Shown here piece after piece: positions 24,139 to 37,283 of a stretch of 64,000 nt of DNA; position 1 is the first letter of the stretch, and the number at the start of each line of letters is the position of its first letter. The position numbers and the translations under genes are program-made. The notes beneath the pieces are model-generated. The model saw only the letters and a program-made list of their open reading frames with translations. It did no database searches and was not told the origin of the DNA. The stretch is from Lama guanicoe (lineage: Eukaryota): NCBI GenBank assembly GCA_013239625.1, contig MU054187.1, forward strand, positions 13,796,974 through 13,860,973. Direction: 5' to 3'.

Positions 24139-24304
24139 TTTCTTTTTTTAAAACCTTTTTTCTTTTTTCTTTTCTTTTTTTTTGAGGAGAGAGCTAATTA
24201 GGTTTATTCATTTATTTATTTTTTTAGAGGAGGTCCTGGAGGTTGAACCCAGGACCTTGTGCATGCTAAGCATGAGCTCTACCACATGAGCTATAACCTC
24301 CTCC
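24139..24304 (-). mobile_element. tRNA-derived SINE, camelid Vic-1 type
   Basis: Minus strand reads ggaggaggttatagctcatgtggtagagctcatgcttagcatgcacaaggtcctgggttcaacc..aaataaacctaatt (A and B boxes) with an A-rich tail. 15-bp TSD ttcatttgtaatttt at 24124-24138 and 24305-24319. Confidence 0.9.
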
Positions 24305-25859
24305 TTCATTTGTAATTTTAATGACTGTTTCATTATCTAATTTGTCAGTCAGCTGTGAGGATATTCTGGCTGCCCTGTCTGTAACCTCTTGGGTTAATTA
24401 GGCTAGCCTGGCTGGTCAGGCAATTTCCACCTTTCTGCTGGCCCTTCATGTGTGTCTATGGGAAGCACCCACTCTGTGAATGAGGGAGAGAGGCAGGCCC
24501 TGAGGGAAAGCAACTCATTCTTCATAACTTCTTCCCAGAACCACAGCACAGCTCAAGATCCATTACAGCCATTAGATCACACCTCCATTTACTTTGTGAA
24601 TTGCATGTGTATGACATTTACATTTCAACTGAATCAGCGTTATTCAGAGAGTTCAGTAGAATTAATGTGTCATAGCTTAGTAAGATTTTAGAGTATGTAT
24701 AACATTTTGTTTTCAATTTTTAACTAAAATATTTTACTAATAACGGTTATAGAAATAACCGAATAAAAAGGTAACTTTCTCAGTTCAAGGAAATGTGACA
24801 CAGAGAGGAAAGAGATAAATATATCCAAAAGATTCTGATTCACTTTGATGTGTATAATTTTGGAAATGTCACTATCATAAACAGAAACTTCTTGCAGTTT
24901 TGAAGTTTTGGGGAAAAACTCTAATAGCTTATGGCAGTTTTCAGAAAATGTATTCTTTCTTAGTAATGAAATCATCTGACAGGTATTTCATTCAGATTCT
25001 GTACAAGAATTTAAATAAAACACAGCCGTAAAAAAAAATTCTCTCATTATTTCATGATTTCACATTTTCTGTTTCAAGGGATTTCAAATCTGGGGGCTTG
25101 CCATTCAGGGTCCTGGAGAATTAGGAAGCAGCCAGTATTCACAGGCTCATCTGATTACCTGGATCTACCCTATACCAACCTTACCATACTGCCTGCTGCT
25201 CTCTGTCCTCAAATATTTTATAGTCTAGTTGAAGATCACATGGTTGAGAATATTGACTTAAAGATGTGCACAGACGTAAAGGTGCCTGTGTGCTCATAGT
25301 ATCATACAAAGAGCACCGGCTGACCCTGATCAGAGGAGTCGGACTCTGGTCTCAGTCCCATCACTGATTAACTGGATCACTTGACTACAGCTCACCAAGC
25401 CCCGGTCTCCTCATTCATAAGACAAGAAGATTGAACACGATGATCTCAAAATTGCTTACAATACTAATAACCTAGATTCTGTCTTCCTTTGCTGATGTCC
25501 TAGAGGACCTCAGTAGTTATCAAGAGATTAGATTGTGCTCTACCAGCCAGGTGAACAGCTGAGCCTGCTGAAAGCTGAGTGGCCAGGAAAGTGCTTCCAA
25601 TAGGTGATGACTGCTCTTAGTGATAGGTCAATTTGAGCCTCTCATTACTCTTGTGATGCTTTCAAGGCTAATTACTATGACCTATGACAAGGATCTCTGT
25701 CTTTGATAGAACCTGGATTTGGAATAAATTCATTTCAACAGGAAATTCTGGAGAAAGTTTGAGGATTACCATTTACTGTAGAATATATAACTTGGCGTAT
25801 AATTGGACTGGCTTCCTACTTTCAAAAAAAAAAATTTAAGGCACCAAGATCCTCTCTTA

Positions 25860-26360
25860 CCCACAGCCTTCTCTTTCAGAGCCTCTTCACTCTCACCGCC
25901 TTCTTCCTAATTCAGATTCTCGTTATTTCTTACCTAGACAATTTCAATAACCCATGGACTTGTCTGCCCACCTCCTCTCTCTACATAAGGCAGTTCTGTA
26001 CAGCACTATAAGCATGGAGAAATGCCTTAGAAAGATTAAGTCTGCAGAAAAAAGTGCAACTCTTCAGCTTGCTGTTCAAGGCCATAAAGAATATAGATCC
26101 ACCTGCCTTTCCAGGGTTATCTCCCACCAATTGTCCATGTTTACCCTTTGTTTCAGCAAAGTTGAATCACCCCCTGGCCTTAAGTATGCCCAGCCTCACC
26201 TAACTCTGCTACTTCCCTGCCCCCACTGGTTTTTAAAGTCCTACAAGTCCTTAAATGTTACCTTTCCCATGAAGACCTTCTCTGGCTGCAAATGTGTGTC
26301 ACCTCTTTTTCTTTTAAATTCATCTGTTATTCTGGGTAGTTCTCTTAAAGTACTTATATT
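25860..26360 (+). mobile_element. L2 fragment
   Basis: gcaactcttcagcttgctgttcaaggcc, aatgttacctttcccatgaagaccttc. Confidence 0.55.
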
Positions 26361-26942
26361 CTGCCTTCCATTATTTTATACCTTAAATAATAAAATTGGG
26401 GAACCTCAGAGCTGAATGAAATCTTACAGAGCATTCTTAATTTGAAAGATATTTTATGGATCCTGCAGCAGAATTCTGAGCAGGGATGGAGATTGATTTT
26501 TCATCTTGCCCATTGATTTCTCACTAGAGTCATATCACTCACATTCCTAAGTTCTTACCGTAGCTTTTTGCTCAAAAGAGATGCACCTCTCACATTTATT
26601 GGATACATTGGATGCAGTCACCTCAACAAAGGAAAATAAATACTGATGTAGAAAAATCACCAACACACACTTTTCTTATGCTAATTAATACTGTCACAAG
26701 TTAATATCATGTTGAACATTACAGTCTGAAGAATCTTTCATTCTTCATTAACTCATTCATCCAGCCTTAACTGAACAGCTACTCTGTGTTAGGTACTGGG
26801 TTGGATTCTTCCTGTTCTAGAGTACTTACAGATTAGCAAGGTACTTGTCAGGAGACTTGTAATTGGTCCAAAGGAAAAAGGGCCCAGCCCCAGAAACTGT
26901 ATTAAGAAAAATTCTATCACAGCCTAAATATATGAACGTGAG

Positions 26943-27427
26943 TGTGGTAGACTGTTAGCATTAATGGCTCTGTCTTTCACCTCTTTCTGTATGCAGATTC
27001 TTTGTCCATATGACCTTGAAGTTTGTACCTTCGAAAGGTAGAGTACAGTTCACTGCTGCTTGATTCTGAATGTAATCATTGCACTTGCCTTGGCCAATAT
27101 CACGTTAGCAGTTGTGTCACAGGCGGCAGCTTGAAAACACACTCGCCTGTCTCTGTTTCCTCTCCTACTTCATTTCCCTCATCACAAGAATACACCTAGA
27201 CTAGCTTGCTGAGGCCAAGTCCCCCGTGTCTCTTGAGTGTGGCCATCCTGGGTCAGACAACAGTCAGCTGACACCTAGACATGTCACGAAGCCCAGTTTC
27301 CATCACCTAAGCCCTGGCCAGATCAGCCCCTGCAGACTCACCGGCTACATAAATGGTCATTCCATTCCACTGAGGATCAATAGTTGATTGTTTTGTAGCA
27401 TTAGTGGGGCACTTGATAACTGACACA
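26943..27427 (+). mobile_element. Full-length MLT1 (MaLR) solo LTR with 5-bp TSD
   Basis: Termini tgtggtagactg ... gataactgacaca, flanked by GTGAG on both sides (26938-26942, 27428-27432). Confidence 0.88.
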
Positions 27428-28957
27428 GTGAGAGCAAGGAGAGTCCTCAGTCTTGTACCTGCCCTAGCAAGGAAGTGACAAGTCGTTCACTAGCGGTTTC
27501 CTATTTGCTAGCATATCTAAGGGCAGCTGGATCCAATGTTCATTGAAAAAAATCAAAGGTATTCTGGAAGGTTTATTTGGCTACAAAATTATTGTTTTTA
27601 ATTGAGTTAAATGAATTAGAAAAACAATGGAATCTCTCTATTTAAAACCATAAAAGAGATACTACTCAACTAACTTGTTTTCCTCAAACTCATTAGCATA
27701 GCCATTTCCACCACCATTGCAGCAAATTAACGTGGACTATTTCTCCACATCAGTAATTATTTATTTATCAGCATACTATCGCATCCTGAATTACAGATGG
27801 CTTAATGAAATTTGACAATGGCACATTGCTCCTTGAGAGACAATTTTAGGGGGCACCATAAGGCTGTAGGCAGTTGTGATCAAGTAAGATAGTTTTATTT
27901 TCTATTATAATGGCTCCTATTACCATTCACTGATACCATCTCTAGTGAAAGTTCAGTTTATATTGTCTTTTGCTCTTTTTTATTTAATGACGATTGTTTC
28001 TAAGGTCTCCAAGTCTTCTATTTATTGAAAAGGTTTCTGGATCAAATTGCAACTTAAAAATTAGTAGCATTATCACAAAAAATACCATGGTTGACAGTGA
28101 CTGGCACACAAGGCATGAGTCAGTAATGTCTGGTGGATTTGATATTTCTCTATGTTAAGAGGAGACTGTTCTTTTGATTCTGTGGGTTGGTGGAAGGCCA
28201 TCCATGACAGAGCAGAGAGTATACCAGACTACTGTCCAATTTCCACTTTTCCCAGTGCCTCCTGCTTCTGTCAGGGGAAGCTAGCAGCCTTCAGTTGATG
28301 TGACTCAGCCCCAGCCTTGCAATAATGCATGCAAGGTTGGTTTATGAGACTGACGCGCTGCCTGCTGCACCAAGAGGGCAGATAAAGGCTGGTTTAAATG
28401 TTGCCTTTAACAGGTTGTTTACGGAGGGAAGAAATCATGGAAATGCAGAAGCATACACATGTACAAAGAACCACAGGTGAAGCACCATTTGTTCAGTGGC
28501 AGATGCATAGACTGGGTTCATTCCCTGCCATTAGCATCAAGGGGCCATGTCACAAAGTAGCAGAAGATCTGCCTCCTACAGAGACCTGCAGTTGTTTCGT
28601 AGGGATAGACTGGCCCACGGGAGGAGAAGAATGAGAACAGGGTGGGTCTGGCTGAGCTATGGGTTGCCTTCCTCCATGGTATCTAAGCTAGAGCATCTTG
28701 AAGAGTCATCTTGAAAATTTGGTAGTGGGTAGAATGATTGGCTTAAGCCTGAGAAAACCCTCTTTAATTAGTCGACATCATCTCCTAGGCCGTGTCCACG
28801 TGTGAGCTTGGTTTCCTTTGTAGCATCATGGATAGAATTTTATATTTGATGGATATCATGCATATTTTTCATTGATTTCATTTCAGGATGGGATTGTGAG
28901 CAGTTTTTGCTTTGGCTTTCTATTATTGTAATATCATGTCTGTCATGAAGTAATTCT

Positions 28958-29690
28958 TTTTAAAATGAAAACAAAATGGAAAATAAGAAGTGTTGGCAAG
29001 GATGTGGAGAAATGCACACTGTTGGTGGGAATGTAAAAAGCACAGAGGTGCAGCCTCTATGCAAAACAGTATGGCAGTTCCCAAAAAGTTAAACATAGAA
29101 CTTCCGTGTGACCCAGCAATTCCACCTCTGGGTATATACCCAGAAGAATTGAAAGCTGGGACTCCAACATATATGTGTATGACAGTGTTCATAGCAGCAT
29201 TATTGACAATAGCATTATTCACATCCTTCTGGAGAAGACCCAAATGTCCATTGACAATGAATAGATAAGCAAAAGGTGATTTATACAGATAATGGAATAT
29301 TATTCAACTTTAGAAAGTCATGAAATTCTGATATATGCTACAAGACGGGTGAACTTTGAAAACATTATGCACAGTGAAAGAAGCCAGACATACAAGGACA
29401 ATATTGCATGATTCCACTTAGAGGAGGTACTTAGAATCATCAAAGTCAGATAGACAAAAAATAGAGTAGTGGTTACCAAAGGCTTGAAGGGGAGGAGAAA
29501 GAGGAGTTATTTAATGGGTACAGAGTTTCAGTCTGAGATGATGGAAATGTTCTGCAGATGGGTGGTGGTGACGATTGCACATCAAAGTGAACACACTTAA
29601 TGCCACTGACCTGTACATCTAAAAGTGGTTAAAATAGTAAATTTTATGTTGGCTATATTTTACAACATCAAAATATGAAAGAGAAAAAAA
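28958..29690 (+). mobile_element. L1 (L1MB-like) ORF2 end plus 3'UTR
   Basis: gtgttggcaaggatgtggagaaa, gacccagcaattccacctctgggtatataccc; ORF 28990..29268 is the L1 ORF2 C-terminus (IELPCDPAIPPLGIYP); A-rich tail at ~29690. Confidence 0.93.
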
Positions 29691-29809
29691 CTATTACTAG
29701 TAGCTTAAGTGCATCAGTACATTCCCTGGTCATTCTGTGAACATTTTCCGTCAGCCTCTTGATTGCCTGTCTCTGCAGAAAGAACTGGATGAATGATAGT
29801 ATGATGATA

Positions 29810-29975
29810 AGGTCATAGGCTGTAAGGTCAAATCATGGCATGAGTTCAAATCTCAAGCACATCTCTTACGGCTATGAGGCAAGGTAATTAACCTTTTCTT
29901 ACCCTTAATTTTCTTTTCTATAAATGGTGATGGTAATATCTACCTAGATAGGTTGTTTTAAAGAATTAAGCATCT
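29810..29975 (+). mobile_element. MIR SINE
   Basis: gagttcaaatctc..gcaaggtaattaacctt..ttttctataaatggtgatggtaatatctaccta. Confidence 0.7.
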
Positions 29976-32094
29976 TAGAGATCATAGTGTCATTCTTTTT
30001 TTGCACTAATGCTTCTGATTTTCCTTCATTTGGTTTGCTAAATACCACTTACGTTAAGTCACAGGTTTCATCAAAGATCAAGGACATATCAGGGTCTGCT
30101 TAGGTTTTGGAAGGGTGGAATGGCATTTCGTTACTTCCCATTTGTAATTTTAAGGTCTTGAGGAGTTAGTGTATAGTAATTAAACTTTACAAATATAGTA
30201 CTTTTCATTCATCAGCCCCATTTACTTATCGAAGAAAAAAGTTCAATATAAATGAAAAGAAGCTTTACAAATACCATCATGGTAAAGATTGTAATTCTCT
30301 TTATTTATAAAGTAAGTGTGAAGTTATTTGCTTAAATAACTGGTGATAGGAGATATGCCATTTGTCTTTGTAGCCCCAGCAGTTGGCACATATTAAGTAT
30401 TTAATTTGTGTTTTGAATGGAAATATGAAACCTAACTTCTGACTCATAGAGAAAGGTATTTGTAGGTTGAAAACTACAAGGGTGCAACTGTGAAACCATG
30501 CTTCCAGCACACAAGCTTCCAGATTGAACAGTTGAAAGAATTGTTAGAAAAATGTATGTGTTCTACTGTGGAGCATTGGATAAAGTTACATCAAATGAAA
30601 AATAAGGATTTTTTTTCCTTTTATAAAAGGAAAAAATGATGTTACATGGAAATGAGAAAGCAAACATGTGCCTAAAACAACCCAAAAGTAACTGCTGTGG
30701 TTTCACTCTGCTGGGAGGGCTGACTTCTGTTTATTCTTTTAGTTATTCCCTCTGCTTACATACAGCTAAATGCAGAAATGACCGATGCGGGCTACAGTGC
30801 TGGGAGAGAACAACATGAAACAAAAAAGGATTGTTTTTATTGCAAAACAAGGTAGTGTATGTAGGTACATTGGGGGGAAAAACTTAATAAAAAGTATTTA
30901 AGTGTCTTTGCCAAGAATTTTTTTGAATCAAAGCTTTTATGTTTATGAGTTTTCTGATGGAAGCAGTGAGCACAATCTTTGTTCAATTTGTTTCAAAGCA
31001 ATATTGAGGAAAATTGAACAAAATATGCAATAATAAAAAATTCTGTGCCATCCCCCTGGGTATGAACAGGCTGACAATATAATAGATGTTTTCCATTTTC
31101 CTGTGTCTACAGTCCTAGGTGGCTGAGGCCACATATCACCCTTGGTCCACTCCCACCATTTTCACTGACATTAATGGGAGGCTTATTGCAGAAATAAGGC
31201 AATCTGCAGTCTTATTTTTATTTATGGAATGAGATCATTCTGTTTGGTATAAGAACTCCATTGTCCCTCATTATACACTCAAGACAGACAAAAATGCTGG
31301 TAGCAATTATGTGAGTGTACTGGAGAAGAATTAAGCCTCAGAAAAGGGTAACATTGCAAAGATTCATTTAAAGGAGAGATGTTTAAAATAACTCAGCAAT
31401 GAACATTCCAGACCAGTCGCATTGTTTTTGTTCACACTATCTCCTCCACCACCCCAACCTAGTCATCACTAATGCACAGAGCATCTTTAGATTTAGAGGT
31501 GAAAATTGAGAGGAAATGATAGTATTTCTTTTGTCAAAGTCTCCATTGCAAAATCAAGGGCAATAATTGCTAAACATAAAGAAGTTGAAAATAATTCATT
31601 TAAATCATAAAGATATTGAGGCCAATGAGCAATGAGCATTTACCTCAATTCCCATGGATAATAAAATTGTTCCTCAGTCCTGGGATTATTAAAATCCACT
31701 TTAATATTTCTTCTCTCCCATAGCATCCTGGGAAGACTCCGTCATAGTTTTCATGGCTTGAGGAGGGTTTCTGCTTTGGATTAGTGTTTTCTGCTCCCTA
31801 TATTCTTGTTCTGTTACCTCCTCCCATAATCTAATGTTTACACATCCATTAACCCACCTTTCTAGGTAGTACTAGATACCTCTTCATGTGCACATTAAAG
31901 CATAATTCCTTGATTCCTTAAATCATCATTCCAGCTAGAGCTTTGCTGAATTGCATACTTTTTTTGGGGTGGGGGTTGGATAATAGAATTTACATTTAAA
32001 TGTAGTAGAACTCACTTGCAATTGGATTGGGCAGTAGTCAGCAGACGTTTAGTTTAGTTGGGCAAGCAGGGGTTAACATTAGGATGTTGAGATT

Positions 32095-33970
32095 GCTTTT
32101 TATTTCACTTCGAAAATGGAAGCAATCAGAAGAGAACGTCCACACACTCCACCACCACAACCAACCCTTTATCTGTACCTGAATCTGTATACACTCTCTG
32201 TCTGCCTCCCTCTTACAAACACCAGCCTTTCCACTTTGCATTGGGTCCTGATACAAGTTGACTCGTGTCCTTCCAAAATTTATATATTGAAGTCCTAACT
32301 CTGGTACTCAGAAAGTGCCCTTATTTGGAACAGGGTCATTGCAGATGTAGTTAGTTAAGATGAGGTCATGCTGGATAAGGATGGGGCCCTAATCTACAAT
32401 GATTGGTGTCCTTATGAAAAAGGAAAATTTGGACTCAGGAAGAACTTGCTGTGAAGATCAGACTTGTGGTGCCTGGGAAGACCCTTCCCTAGCGAGCAGA
32501 GGGTGCATGGACCTGCCAGCATGTTAAATTTGGGCTTCTAGCTTTCAGAATAGATATCTTTTGGTTAAGCCACCCAGTTTGTGGCAGCCCCAGGAAGCTG
32601 ACACAGATACCAGCCCCTCTCCTCACCAAGCCATTATTCTCACAGCATTAGGACATCTTCTCCTCCATGTAGACCATTTCCATCAGCACATAAACATACT
32701 GTAAGCCCCCAACAGCTTTGGCCCAGTTTCTTTGCTCCCTCATAGAAAAGTCAAGAAATCATTTATAATCCCTCCCTCCTCCTCTTCTCCTCCATTCTCC
32801 TTGAAACTAACTCCATTCAGGCTTTTATCAGAACTGCTCTTGACTGCTACAGTGCCAAATCCAGGGCATTGTATCTCAGTATATATTTTACTTCATCCAT
32901 CAGCAGCAGTGAATACTTGGCCTCCAGGACACCATTCTCTTTTTGTTCTTCTCCAAAGTCAATGGCTACTCTTTCTTATTTCCTTTGCTGTTTCATCCTA
33001 TTTGCTCCCCTTAAACATTTGTGTTTCAATTATACCTCAGTAAAGCTCTTACAAAAACAGACTGACAGTAGAGTACTTCAGATCTCCATCTCCAGACCTA
33101 TTAAGATGCTCTAAATCTACATTCATTCTTAGATGATCTTATCTAAGCCCCCTGGCTGTAAATAAAATATCGCTATGCTGAGGCTTCCAAGTTTGTCTTC
33201 ATCTTGGACCTTGCTCCTGAACTCAAGAATTGTGTGTCCAGCTACTAGGAGGCATCTCAATAAGGATCTCAAAGTAAACCTAGATCCTTCAAACCTGTTC
33301 TCCAGATGGAAACTCCATTCTTCCTGATGTGTGAACTAAATATTTGGGAAACATCCTTAACTCCTCTCTTTTTCTGACACCCATATCCATGATACCAGAA
33401 AATTGGAAATATCTTTGTAACAGCCAGCATCCAACCACTTTTCACCATCTCCACTACCAGAGCAAGCCACCATCATCTCTCTCTTCATTTATTGCAAGAG
33501 TCTTCTAATTGAAGACATGCTATGTTAATAATTGCCCTGTAATCTACCTTCCATATGGCTTCCTGGATAATCCTTTCAAAAAGAATGGATAATGTCACCA
33601 TCTCCTGTAGTTCCCATCTCAGTTCCATCCAAAGTCCTTATCCTGACCTGCAGGCTCCATGTGATTTGCTCTTCCATCATTCTGTTCCAGCCGCCCCAGC
33701 CTCACTTCTTGTTTTGTTTTGTTTTTTCCCTGGCATGCCAAGCATGATCCTGCCTAATGGCCTTTGCACTTGGTAGTTCCCTCTGCCTTTGATGCCTCTG
33801 CTGGATGGTCCCATGGCTGTCTTCCTCACCCCTTCAAGTGCTCAAATGTCATCTAACTGAAGAGTCTTCCCTGATCAAACTCTTCCCCATCACTATTCCT
33901 CTTACCTTATTTGAAGTAACACTAAAAGCTTCATGACACACAAACTTATGTTGAATAAATTACTGAATAA
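32095..33970 (+). mobile_element. L2 LINE remnant with a nested MLT1
   Basis: Extended L2-like motifs (actccattcaggc, gaggcatctcaa, cctttgcacttgg, caaatgtcatct, ttgaataaat tail). Confidence 0.75.
32249..32605 (+). mobile_element. MLT1B/C-like LTR
   Basis: ttgaagtcctaact..ccttatttggaacagggtcattgcagatgtagttagttaagatgaggtca..ttaagccacccagtttgtgg..aagctgacaca. Confidence 0.88.
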
Positions 33971-35789
33971 CCCAGGATTAGCCTGGTAAGTTTACCCTGC
34001 CGAGTATAGCCTGGTATTCGTATACTTCATTCAATGCTCTGATGTATCCACCTCAGATCCTGCCAGGTGTCCCAGTGTGGATTCTTATGGTGATGACCTT
34101 TGAGGAATGTTTCTCTTGTCTTCTGTATTGTCTTCATGTCTAGATGAGTACCCATCACATGGTAAATGATTTTGAATGGCTAAGTGTATAGTTGGTTTTT
34201 GGCTTTAGCTTTTTAATCTTGAGCTATAATCCTGACCCAAATTGATTCTGCTATAATCTTGTTCCATGACAGATTTGTTTTAAAGGGATTTAGATGGCAC
34301 ATCTTCCAAAGTATGACAACTAAATCATGTTTTAGAAAACCCAGGGTACTTTGTGAAACTTTAGTGAAATAAGCTAAAGCAATAAAAGCCACAACCAACT
34401 TTTTTTTTCACAACCAACTTTTAAAGAATAGCGTGGACAATATTCTTATTTGTACACAGTCTCATATAAAACAATTTAAACATTTTTCTTTTTGTATGTA
34501 TTAATAGGACATGCCCTTCATGTCTGGCAAGAGCCTTTCATCACATGGTAACTAGACTGCAGTGGGTCTTGGTTCATAATGCTTAGCACATGACATCAGC
34601 ATGTCTCAAGCTTTTCCAGTGAAATACTTGTAATATGAGAGAATGGCAGCATGCACTCCCCAGAGTCTGGCTGTGTAAACCGAAAGAGTCAGCAGCAAAT
34701 TCAAAAGTGGTTCATGTTTTATTATGAAAAAAATTATGGAATTTTCCATTCTACTCTATAATAAACCCATGGAGTTTTATGTTTTGACATAAAATACTAT
34801 GAGATATTTTCAGCTCAATTATTTATATTTTTTCCTGAATCCTCAAAAGTAAATCAAAAATGAACCTTGTTTATCCTGTGGCTTGGAGTAGCCCCTGGGA
34901 CCTGGCATCAATTTAAATCCTGGATCTGGGACTGACTACACGATGTTTGGCAAACATCAGAATTGACCATCTTTGTTAGATGTGGCTCTGGCAGCTACTG
35001 AACCAACCCAACTGCCTAGGATGGCTGCCCTCTGGTCTTATGGCTGCTCTTGGCAGCTGATAACTTCCTGTCTGATCCAATCCTCATCTCTAATAGAATG
35101 ATGCATCACTGTGTAATGGGTCCTGTTTTATTCATCCTGTTCTATTAAGCCAAGATCAATAATGGAACTAGCATCCTGAAAGCTCAAATTATATACAAGT
35201 TTCGCTATGGTGTCACCCCTCCTTAGCACAAAACATAGTTTAATAATATTGAACGTTTAATAAGATTTTCATTACCCAAATTTCTAAGGCACTAGAACAC
35301 ACTTTCAGCTCTGATACATTTGGGGATTTACCCAAGCCCGTATTCCAGGGAATGAAGCCTTAGAGGCCACCTAGAAGAGCTTACAGACAAAGGGCCATGA
35401 CATAAGTAAAGGCATGGAGGGATAAACCAGACAGGTTGAGGATGGAGAACCTCAGGGTGAGGGAGCCGTGGGAGGTGAAGTCAGAAGGATAAGAGGGGTG
35501 AGGTCATGGTGTAATACGACATCTAACCTTCTCCCTTGGCCTTGGATGCCTGCGCCATTGAGACATTGGAGTTTATTAGTGAAAGTTGTCATGCTGCCAA
35601 GGGGAGGCTTTTGGAAGCCTTTGGATTGTTGACATGAAAATGAATTTGGAGATTTTATGTGGATTTGGGGGCTACTTCCTGGCTGTGAGAGTTCATGTGT
35701 CAAGTGAGGGCATGACAAAGCTCACAAGGTCATTCCTGATGACTTATGCAGTAAAATAGAACGTTTAGCTGGTGGGCGTGCAGGAGTGC

Positions 35790-35985
35790 TGGAGGCAGAG
35801 TGGTGTAGCTTGAGCTCTGGAGCCTACTGCCTGGGTTTGAGCTCTGGCTTGGCACCTATGTGCTGGATGGGGCTTGCTACATAATCTCAAATTCTCCAAG
35901 CCTCACTTCCTCCCTCCACCCAGAAGAGGGGGATGATTATAGAGCCTTTCCAAAGGCAGTTTGTGAAGATTAAAAATATAAGCAT
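35790..35985 (+). mobile_element. MIR SINE
   Basis: gctctggagcctactgcctgggtttgag..aagcctcacttcc..gttgtgaagattaaa-like. Confidence 0.65.
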
Positions 35986-36877
35986 TCAATTTCTGCCCGC
36001 TTTTGTATCTCTTCTGCTGTCGTGTAACAGCCTGCAGTCTAGGAGCAAAAAGAAATAAAGGAGCAGGCGTGGCAAAGGTGGAGAAGAGCTGATAACTGGT
36101 TTCATATTAAGGGTATTGCAAATAATAAGTCAGCCCTCAAAATGGTTAGATGGACAGTCAACGGGAAATCAGGAAATGGAGTGAGTTCAGTTTGAGGGGA
36201 TGAAATGATATAGTGGGAGATGTTGACTTGAAGTAACTTTCCACTGGCAATAGTAGGCCAATACCAAGTTCAAATGATAAACTTACTGGGGCAGCATACT
36301 TTATTTTCACTCTTCATTTATCAGGCACTGATGTAGGATGTTATTAATATTTGCACTAAGGGGCTGAAAACCCAAACTTGCCAGTTGTACTTTCTGCAGG
36401 GTGGTTGAACTTCATAGACCCTCCCTCGTGGCTATTTTTAAAGGAAAAAAAAATTTTTCACTGAGTTTTCTAGCTGAAGGGGATCATCTGAGTCTATCCC
36501 CTCATTCTTTGGCTGAGTAAATGGGGACCCAAGGCAGACAGTTGATTTGCTCAGGGACGTACATACAGCTGCTGAACGGACAAGCCAGATGGGACCCCTG
36601 TCCCCAGCCTCCCCTTGCTTGCTCTTGGGATGACACCTTGCTTCCTTCATACCTGGCTCTCTGCTCACTTTATTACTGTTGGGTAGATGCCAGAATTAAA
36701 CAACAAAAGTCTTACTTATCCCCCAGACTCACTGTATGGATATTGCCTAGGAGTAAGTTTAGGGTAACCTACATCCCAGATTCGGTCCTCTGTGGCAATA
36801 GATGTTGGGAGAAAGGCCCATGAAGGCTGCAGGCTTTCATAAGTGAGCCTTCCTTTCCCAATCAGGATGCCATCTTT

Positions 36878-37283
36878 TTATCCTGTTGAGTGGAGTAAGT
36901 CAGGCAGAAAAAGACAAATATCATATGATATCACTTATATGTGGAATCTAAAAAAAATGAGATAAATTCTATTTATAAACCAAAAACAGACTCATGGACA
37001 TAAAGAACAAACTATGGTTACCAAAGAGAAAAGGGCAGGGAGGGATAAATTAGGGATTGGGGATTAACAGACTCACATTACTATATATATAAAATAGATA
37101 AACAACAAATACCTACTGTATAGCACAAGGAACTATATTCAATTTCTTGTAACAACGTATGATGGAAAACAATCTGAAAAGAAAAAAATATATGTATTCA
37201 TATGTATAACAATACCTTTGCTGTACACCTGAAACGAACATTGTAAGTCAACTACACTTCAATAAAAAAATTAAATAAAAAAA
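36878..37283 (+). mobile_element. 5'-truncated L1 3' end (cetartiodactyl type) with TSD
   Basis: tatcacttatatgtggaatctaaaaa, cctactgtatagcacaaggaactatattcaa, poly(A). TSD aggatgccatcttt (36864-36877) / agaataccatcttt (37284-37297). Confidence 0.92.

Noticed and set aside
24225..24304. tRNA-Ala-like sequence as a tRNA gene
   Set aside because: It has a SINE body, A-rich tail and TSD, so it is a retroposon.
28365..28385. CTCF-like motif (similar words at ~6716 and ~38537-38610)
   Set aside because: Only partial matches to the consensus; cannot be supported without a PWM scan or ChIP data.
28923..29268. Overlapping ORFs of 92 and 106 aa
   Set aside because: Degenerate L1 ORF2 C-terminus and its antisense.
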